Shown one piece after another: positions 8,199 to 14,582 of a stretch of DNA of 37,168 nt (the first letter of the stretch is position 1; every line of letters begins with the position of its first letter). Where the stretch lies: IMG/VR virus record IMGVR_UViG_3300017988_000012, positions 1 to 37,168 of that record, one strand, 5' to 3'. Under the pieces are notes generated by a model that was not told where the DNA came from, did not search any database, and was given only the letters and a program-made list of their open reading frames with translations. Both the position numbers and the translations under genes were made by a program. The stretch comes from a virus (taxonomy: Duplodnaviria > Caudoviricetes).

Positions 8199-8785
8199 TC
8201 GAAGATCTCCTTGCTGATTGATTGAGCGTCGCTGAAGATTTGGTAAGCCTCGATGATTTTGCTGGCTGGACGAACGAATCCCAATCTGAATACTGGGCCA
8301 TCTCGTGAGCCAAAATCTCTCATAAAAAGCTTTTCTATCTTTCGTTGGAATTCCTGTCCTATGTCTCTGACACCATCACTTATGATCTTCTCGCCGCTGG
8401 ATTTTATAAGCACGATGGCATCATATGTTTGGCAATGGTATTTTAGATATGACTGAAGACCATAGAAAGTTCTCTCTTCACATACGGTGAGGTTATTTGG
8501 ATTGAGGGTCTCCTCGAAGTAGATACAAGGATCGTATGCTGATCTATCGCACACAGCAAGGTCTAGTTGTTCTCTCTCGGCTTTCCTCTCCCTCAAGATC
8601 TGTTCCAATCCGGTCCACTCACACGTTTTGTAGCACATCTCTTTGTTGATGGGATAGGGACATTCTCTCACTACTTCACCGATGCATGAAACTTTCTTTC
8701 CCTGAGCTTTCGCATAGTCTGCAAGAGCTTTGCACAGCGTTGTCTTCCCAATGCCGTGCGTCCCGACGATAGCAACCTTTTTCAT
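8186..8785 (-). CDS. AAA_28/NadR-like P-loop nucleotide kinase
   Basis: KKVAIVGTHGIGKTTL, VCDRSAYD, DGVRD; ATG 8785 after GGAG. Confidence 0.8.
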   Translation of the reverse strand: MKKVAIVGTHGIGKTTLCKALADYAKAQGKKVSCIGEVVRECPYPINKEMCYKTCEWTGLEQILRERKAEREQLDLAVCDRSAYDPCIYFEETLNPNNLTVCEERTFYGLQSYLKYHCQTYDAIVLIKSSGEKIISDGVRDIGQEFQRKIEKLFMRDFGSRDGPVFRLGFVRPASKIIEAYQIFSDAQSISKEIFECLF

Positions 8786-8911
8786 CCTACTTTCTCCACT
8801 TGTTGTGAACCATTCACAATGCTGTGAACAGCATGAATCAGTGAACATTTCCTGATTTACGAACATTTCCACAGTCTCTGAAGAAGAGGAGAATATATAT
8901 ACGTCTTCTTC

Positions 8912-9391
8912 TCAAGTCTCTGTGGAAGATGTCGACGCCTCAGAATTCTTGTCTTCGTCATCCTTTTCTTTTTGTTTAGGCGACGGAGAGTTTTTTGTCG
9001 ATTCTGTTTTTTCTAACATTTTAATTTTTTCTTCCAGCATATCTATCTTCTCCTGTTCCTCATCCATCTTCGATAAGATGTGCAGCCCAGCGAAAGGAAT
9101 GGTTCCAATGATAGCTTTGGCAAGTTTGTCCAGGAGTTTTATGGTGATGTATAAACTTTCTCGTCGTAGGAAGTTGATTTGATGCTGAATGCACAAAGGA
9201 ACAATAGCTGCAACACTCGAGAGAATCAAAATAGGGACAGTGACTGATAGGCCGAGGGTAATAAGAGCAACCTGGACGATTCTAGGAATAATTGAAGTGA
9301 TATGATGCTTGCAAAAAGGTTCGATAGCTCGTTCTACGCAATCGAATCCATGAAGAATTGTGTCGGTGCAAGCCGGTATATTAATAGACAT
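8912..9391 (-). CDS. membrane protein with long hydrophobic hairpin and coiled/charged tail (Inc-like architecture)
   Basis: ATG 9391 after GGAG; hydrophobic IIPRIVQVALITLGLSVTVPILILSSVAAIVPLCI. Confidence 0.65.
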   Translation of the reverse strand: MSINIPACTDTILHGFDCVERAIEPFCKHHITSIIPRIVQVALITLGLSVTVPILILSSVAAIVPLCIQHQINFLRRESLYITIKLLDKLAKAIIGTIPFAGLHILSKMDEEQEKIDMLEEKIKMLEKTESTKNSPSPKQKEKDDEDKNSEASTSSTET

Positions 9392-9533
9392 TTTTATCTC
9401 CAATATTTTATTTAAAGGACTTTACTCGCAAGTTCTCTCACTGAAGATTTATTTTCAACGAAAAATTCTCAGGCTTTGAAGAAAAATCCCCTATGATTGT
9501 ATTGTAAAGAAAATAATTAAAATAGAAGGGATT

Positions 9534-11633
9534 ATGACTCTATTTCCTCAACTCTCAGACACATATTACGTAGACAATGATCACAATATTTTGAAGATGA
9601 TGGACAACACGTATGCGAAATACATCACCATCAATCAATCTTTTTGGTCAGAAGCAGATATCGATCATCGTTTTGCTGCTGGCGATCAAACAATTTATAA
9701 CGATATCTATGGGAACCTTCCGGCGTTTCGTAAGAGACAATTCAGTTTCAACAGGATCAAGCGTGTTATCAACATGATATCAGGCTATCAGCGGCAGCAC
9801 AGGAAGTCGACGATGGTCATTCCTATTGAATCTGCTGCCCAAAAGACGAGCGATCAGTTCACCAAGCTACTCTATCACGTCAACAGCTATGGAAACGTAC
9901 TGGAGACGATTTCTGAGGCTTTTGAAGGTGCTCTGATAGGAGGGATGAACCTCTTGTCGACGTACATTGACTACACTCGCGATCCTGTCAATGGAGATCT
10001 GAAAGTAGACAACGTCGGATACAACGCCTATCTCATCGACCCATACTTCAAAAAGAAAGATTTGAGTGACTGCAACTCCCTGTGGACAAGAAAGTATCTT
10101 ACTCGCAATCAGATCATGTCACTGCTTCCAGGAAGAGAAGATGAGATTAAAGGACTTGCTGGGTGGGGAAATAGGGATGGAAAATTCCAGTTCATGCCAG
10201 AAAGCTATGCCTATGGCCAGCAAGATCTAATTTTATATGATGAGTTTTGGTACATGTCAACTCGATCACAGAAAATGATTTGTGATACAGAAACAGGCGA
10301 AACGATCGAATGGAAAGGTCAGGATGATGATCTGAAAGAATTCCTTAAGCAATATCCTCAGACGATTGTCATCAACAATGAAATCCCATCTGTAAAGCTT
10401 GCAATCGTGGTTCAAGGAAAGGTTATGTATCATGGACCAAATCCAATGGGAACCGATTGCTATCCTTTCGTTCCTGTCTGGGCCTACTACATGCCAGAAA
10501 TTCCTTACTTCCCATGGCGTGTGCAAGGAGTTGTGAGAAGCATTCGTGATGCTCAATATCTCTATAACCGTCGAGTTATCACCTCTTTGGATATATTAGA
10601 GAGCCAAATCAATTCAGGGTGGAAATATAAGGAAAACTCGCTTGTCAATCCAAAAGATGTATTCCTGCAGGGACAGGGTCGAGGATTAGCTCTCAAGGCA
10701 GAAGCGCAGATGACAGATGTGGAGCAAATTCTTCCTCCACAAGTACCTCCCAGCATGCTACAGCTTTCTGAGATGCTTGGCAATGAACTGAATCAAATCA
10801 GCGGGGTGAATGAAGAGCTTCTTGGATCAGCTGTCGATGAGAAAGCTGGCATCTTATCGGCATTACGACAGGGAGCGGGACTCGTCACGCTTCAAGGATT
10901 ATTCGATAATCTTGATCAGTCACAAAGATTACTTGGCAAACTCCATCTTCAGATGATGCAGGCGAATTGGACTCCAGGAAAGATCTCCAGGATCATTAAT
11001 GAAGAGCCGACAGAGGAATTTTATAACAGAGCATTCAGTAAGTATGACGCAATCGTCGAAGAAGCTCCTTTGACATCGACTCAAAAGCAATTGGCGCTGC
11101 AACAGGCTCTCTATCTCAAGGAAATGGGCCTCCCGATTCCCACCGAGTACATTCTCGATAATATGCAATTGCCTAAGAAAAATGAGCTCATGGAGCAAAT
11201 CAAGGCTGCAGAACAGCAACAGGCTGAACAAGAACAACAAATGGCACAGATGCAGATGCAGAATATGCAGGTCGACAATGCTACCAAGATGGGATTTGCT
11301 GATGCACAGCACGCCCAGGCTCAGGAAAGACTTAACAAGATCAGACTTGATCAGGCAGCGACCATTGAGAAACTCGACAATGCAGATATAGCTAAAATCG
11401 ATGGAGTTCTGAAGTTAATTCTTGCCGCTAAAGAAATTCAAGGCATAGACATAGATCAGATAGGAAAAGTTTTATCCATGGTCCAGATGGAAGATCAGAG
11501 GCAGGAAGCTAAGAACTTAGCAACTCAGCAAGTTCAGAACTTAGGGAGTCAGCAAGTTCCTAACTTAGGAAGTCAGGAAGTTGCTCAGCAACAGCAGCCA
11601 CCCCAGCCTCAACAGCAAGGATTGATGCAATGA
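9534..11633 (+). CDS. portal protein (P22-like)
   Basis: 699 aa; FNRIKRVINMISGYQRQHR, YPFVP, GVVRSIRDAQ, ISGVNEELLG, Q-rich tail. Confidence 0.9.
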   Translation: MTLFPQLSDTYYVDNDHNILKMMDNTYAKYITINQSFWSEADIDHRFAAGDQTIYNDIYGNLPAFRKRQFSFNRIKRVINMISGYQRQHRKSTMVIPIESAAQKTSDQFTKLLYHVNSYGNVLETISEAFEGALIGGMNLLSTYIDYTRDPVNGDLKVDNVGYNAYLIDPYFKKKDLSDCNSLWTRKYLTRNQIMSLLPGREDEIKGLAGWGNRDGKFQFMPESYAYGQQDLILYDEFWYMSTRSQKMICDTETGETIEWKGQDDDLKEFLKQYPQTIVINNEIPSVKLAIVVQGKVMYHGPNPMGTDCYPFVPVWAYYMPEIPYFPWRVQGVVRSIRDAQYLYNRRVITSLDILESQINSGWKYKENSLVNPKDVFLQGQGRGLALKAEAQMTDVEQILPPQVPPSMLQLSEMLGNELNQISGVNEELLGSAVDEKAGILSALRQGAGLVTLQGLFDNLDQSQRLLGKLHLQMMQANWTPGKISRIINEEPTEEFYNRAFSKYDAIVEEAPLTSTQKQLALQQALYLKEMGLPIPTEYILDNMQLPKKNELMEQIKAAEQQQAEQEQQMAQMQMQNMQVDNATKMGFADAQHAQAQERLNKIRLDQAATIEKLDNADIAKIDGVLKLILAAKEIQGIDIDQIGKVLSMVQMEDQRQEAKNLATQQVQNLGSQQVPNLGSQEVAQQQQPPQPQQQGLMQ
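11505..11584. repeat. 8-bp-period array 3 (10 units)
   Basis: gaagctaa gaacttag caactcag caagttca gaacttag ggagtcag caagttcc taacttag gaagtcag gaagttgc. Confidence 0.8.
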
Positions 11634-11845
11634 TATGTGATGTATGTGTGCAAATAGTCCTCAAGCAATTACAGGGCGATGCTGGCTGTCCAGTTGATGG
11701 TATGCTTCGCGTATGTTGCCATGATCGGCCGAAATGTGAGACAAAATTAATGCTTGATGCTATACATAAATTCACTATTCCAAATAGAAATGCAAAAAAT
11801 GATTATTCATGTCTCCAGGCGATACAGGATGTAGATGGAATATAA
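11630..11845 (+). CDS. small Cys-rich protein
   Basis: ATGA overlap with portal stop; 7 Cys including CxxC. Confidence 0.65.
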   Translation: MICDVCVQIVLKQLQGDAGCPVDGMLRVCCHDRPKCETKLMLDAIHKFTIPNRNAKNDYSCLQAIQDVDGI

Positions 11846-12002
11846 CACAATTCTAGTCTTGGATAGGAAGGGAAGGCAAATAATCCTCTATATCAAGGGA
11901 GATGAGCTGACGATTGAGAATATTGTCGATGTCGAAATCCTTGAATCTCCTGATATTCCTACATCTGAACAGCCTCTCAAAGTAATCTATAGCAACTTAT
12001 AG
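11835..12002 (+). CDS. hypothetical protein (55 aa)
   Basis: Not in track; MEYNTILVLDRKGRQIILYIKGDELTIENIVDVEILE... Confidence 0.55.
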   Translation: MEYNTILVLDRKGRQIILYIKGDELTIENIVDVEILESPDIPTSEQPLKVIYSNL

Positions 12003-12086
12003 CCATTTTGCCTTATAAGTAGCTATAACTTCAAAAAATTAAGTGTAAAAAGTGTATTTCTAAGCGTATTTAATTGTATCTAAGAG

Positions 12087-12178
12087 AAAAACCAGGGCTA
12101 GCGAAGGACAGCCCTGGCCAAGAGAAACCGAAAACCAACCAACGGATAGCCTAGAACCAGAGCCATCTGTCACTTGAT
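12087..12178 (-). ncRNA. candidate ~90-nt small RNA
   Basis: TTGACA(12212-07)-16-TATGAT(12190-85); ends in CCAGGGCT/AGCCCTGG stem plus U5. Confidence 0.55.
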
Positions 12179-12291
12179 ATCCTCATCATATCTGCCAGAA
12201 AATTTATGTCAATATTTTTTCTATTCAAAAAAAGATTTCTTTACTAGACTCCAGATTGTCAACTAAAAATATTCCTAAGGAGGAATAGACA

Positions 12292-12486
12292 ATGGCAAAG
12301 AAATCAATGGAAAATTTTGGACATGATAAAACCTCATTTGCAAATATGCCTCAAGACGTACATATGAGCGAATATCCAAAACAAGATCATTATAACTCTG
12401 AGCTTGATGATACGATGACTGGCATTGATGAAGTCGTAGAACATGGCAAAGGGAAAATTAAGAAACACATTTCAAACCAAAAGTAA
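12292..12486 (+). CDS. hypothetical head-region protein
   Basis: Strong RBS TAAGGAGG. Confidence 0.8.
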   Translation: MAKKSMENFGHDKTSFANMPQDVHMSEYPKQDHYNSELDDTMTGIDEVVEHGKGKIKKHISNQK

Positions 12487-12491
12487 AAAAG

Positions 12492-12623
12492 ATGGTCATG
12501 ATTCGGCCTGGGGGAAAGCCTCAGAAAATCGCTGAGAAAATCATGAAAGGTAAGGGTGTGAAGATTCCAAAGAAAAAGAAAATGGAAAAAACCACCCTTA
12601 CTGGTCCCTACCTACAACATTGA
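12492..12623 (+). CDS. small basic protein (43 aa)
   Basis: MVMIRPGGKPQKIAEKIMKGKGVKIPKKKK... Confidence 0.6.
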   Translation: MVMIRPGGKPQKIAEKIMKGKGVKIPKKKKMEKTTLTGPYLQH

Positions 12624-12630
12624 GGAAATC

Positions 12631-12810
12631 ATGCGAGGACATTCAGACGAAGCTGCAGACAAAAAGCTTTTCAGCAAGATGCTAAAGAAAGCTCTTCCTG
12701 AAAAAAAGGTTTCACATCATCTTGTCAGAGATATCAAAGAAGAAAAGAAAGCGATCAAAGAAGATAAAAACTTAATGAAATCACTTAAGAAAGGGAAGAG
12801 AGGCTATTAA
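12631..12810 (+). CDS. small basic protein (59 aa)
   Basis: RBS GAGGA; MRGHSDEAADKKLFSKMLKK... Confidence 0.7.
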   Translation: MRGHSDEAADKKLFSKMLKKALPEKKVSHHLVRDIKEEKKAIKEDKNLMKSLKKGKRGY

Positions 12811-12989
12811 TGGCTAAGAAATGGATCCAATCTGCAGTAAAACATCCCGGGGCACTCCATAAGGAACTTGGAGTGAAGATGGGAAAGAAAATTCCAGCCA
12901 AGAAACTTGCCACGGCAGCTAAGAAAGGTGGGACTTTGGGCAAAAGAGCCAGATTGGCTGAGACGTTGAAGAGTTTTCACCATAAATAA
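12810..12989 (+). CDS. small basic protein (59 aa)
   Basis: TAATG coupling; MAKKWIQSAVKHPGALHKELGV...KRARLAETLK. Confidence 0.75.
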   Translation: MAKKWIQSAVKHPGALHKELGVKMGKKIPAKKLATAAKKGGTLGKRARLAETLKSFHHK

Positions 12990-13003
12990 TCTACGCGAGA
13001 TTT

Positions 13004-13519
13004 ATGGAAAAACCTGATTCTGACAAATACTCGTATAATCGCTTTGGCTCAAAAGGGAAACGTGTAGGACAGGCGGTTGTTGACATTCTTTCTAAGCCAC
13101 AGCCAATCCAGACTGTTGGCGATACTCTAGACGCCTTCGGGCCTGATTTTGCAAAGCAGATAGAGCAATGCATCGAGGACAATAAGTCCAAGTATAAAAA
13201 TCCATTTTATATCTTTGTTCTCACGAAGAAAGAATTTTGGGCGAACAACGTCGTCAGGAATTGGTTTATCGCGCGACAGACAGCACCTCATGCATTTGAT
13301 ATGATGGAACAGTATTCGAATTATACAAAAACTTTATATATTGTCGACAGCGCAAAAGGAAATATTAAATGTCTCTGGTCACTCCCAGGTTGGGATGATT
13401 GCCTCACTATCGCCAAAGCTCCACAGAAATTTGATCCAGAATTAGTAAAATGGGTCGAGGGATGCTTCACGAGGCAGCTGGATCGAGATGAATATCCTTT
13501 TGATTGGCAAGTAGCTTAG
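13004..13519 (+). CDS. hypothetical head-region protein
   Basis: 171-aa ORF between portal and scaffold. Confidence 0.8.
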   Translation: MEKPDSDKYSYNRFGSKGKRVGQAVVDILSKPQPIQTVGDTLDAFGPDFAKQIEQCIEDNKSKYKNPFYIFVLTKKEFWANNVVRNWFIARQTAPHAFDMMEQYSNYTKTLYIVDSAKGNIKCLWSLPGWDDCLTIAKAPQKFDPELVKWVEGCFTRQLDRDEYPFDWQVA

Positions 13520-13617
13520 AGAGAGAAGCCAAAGATGGAGGCAGGCAAAAAACGCATCGTCTGAGGAATAGTATCAAGAATACTCAGCATTAGAAGGTGT
13601 AACTCCTTCCTCTCTCA
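13519..13617 (+). ncRNA. tRNA-like element lacking a canonical anticodon arm
   Basis: Acceptor GAGAGAG/CTCTCTC + A; D arm GCC-AAAGATGGA-GGC; T arm GAAGG-TGTAACT-CCTTC. Confidence 0.6.
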
Positions 13618-13825
13618 GTTTTATTCAACTCTTTCCATTCTTGAAACAGTTCATCCACACGAAATGCTCATTTCTTGTGCATATTCCAATAACATAAACA
13701 ATATTTGACAAAATCCTTTGCTTCGTCTATCAAGAAAATTGTTGAGTTAAAATATTCGTTGACACCGTAAGTGTCTAACTCAGCTTTTTCAAATAGGCGT
13801 AACGGGGCTATCGCAGGCCCAAGGA

Positions 13826-14551
13826 ATGTTGATGACTGATGAAGTAGAACAGAGCGTGAATCAAGAGGAAGTCGCTCCCCCCACGAATTCAGAAGAGCAG
13901 CAGGACTCCCCGCAGGAGACGGCTCAGGAAGTTCAAGATCCTCCGATCAAGGATCAAGAATATAACTGGCGTGAGGCCCGCAGGAAGATAGACGAGTTAG
14001 AATATCGAACGAGACAGCAGGATGATTTGATTTCAAAGCTCCAGAATCAAAAAACTGTCGCCCCTCAAGAGGACGATCTAGCAAAACTGGCAGAAGATGA
14101 CATTATCACTGTCAAACAGGCCAAGAATATTGGCCAGAAAATGGCCAGAGAAGTTGCAGAGCAAGTCATTCGAGAGCGGGAAGCAGCAACTGTTGATGAA
14201 CGAGTCAAGAATAGATTCCCTGATTTCTACGATATTGTAACCAAAGAAAATTTTGGTGTTTTACAACAACAAGATCCAGAACTTGCGCAATCGATCGTTG
14301 GCCTAGCTCACGATCCATATGCTCAAGCTGTTGCGGCCTATAAATTGCTTAAGAAACAAGGATTTGGAGAAATGGCAAAGAATCAGCCTCAGAAGAATAA
14401 GGCGCTAGAAAACTCTCGCAAGCCTGTTTCAGTCCAGTCGGTGACGAAAAGTTCAGCAATCGGCGAAGTGCACAGATTTGAGAATGGATTGACTCCAGAG
14501 CTCAAGAAAGAGCTGTGGAAGGAAATGCAGCAGGCGATGAAAGGAACGTAA
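13826..14551 (+). CDS. putative scaffolding protein
   Basis: Acidic N-terminus, coiled coil (NWREARRKIDELE), directly upstream of the capsid gene. Confidence 0.75.
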   Translation: MLMTDEVEQSVNQEEVAPPTNSEEQQDSPQETAQEVQDPPIKDQEYNWREARRKIDELEYRTRQQDDLISKLQNQKTVAPQEDDLAKLAEDDIITVKQAKNIGQKMAREVAEQVIREREAATVDERVKNRFPDFYDIVTKENFGVLQQQDPELAQSIVGLAHDPYAQAVAAYKLLKKQGFGEMAKNQPQKNKALENSRKPVSVQSVTKSSAIGEVHRFENGLTPELKKELWKEMQQAMKGT

Positions 14552-14582
14552 GCTGGATCTTTTTAATAGGTAAATTAAAAAG

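Noticed and set aside
12041-12085. Short AAGTGTA-like repeats
   Set aside because: Irregular spacing and low complexity; cannot be distinguished from chance
13519-13617. Canonical tRNA call
   Set aside because: No U8, no TTC loop, no assignable anticodon; kept only as tRNA-like
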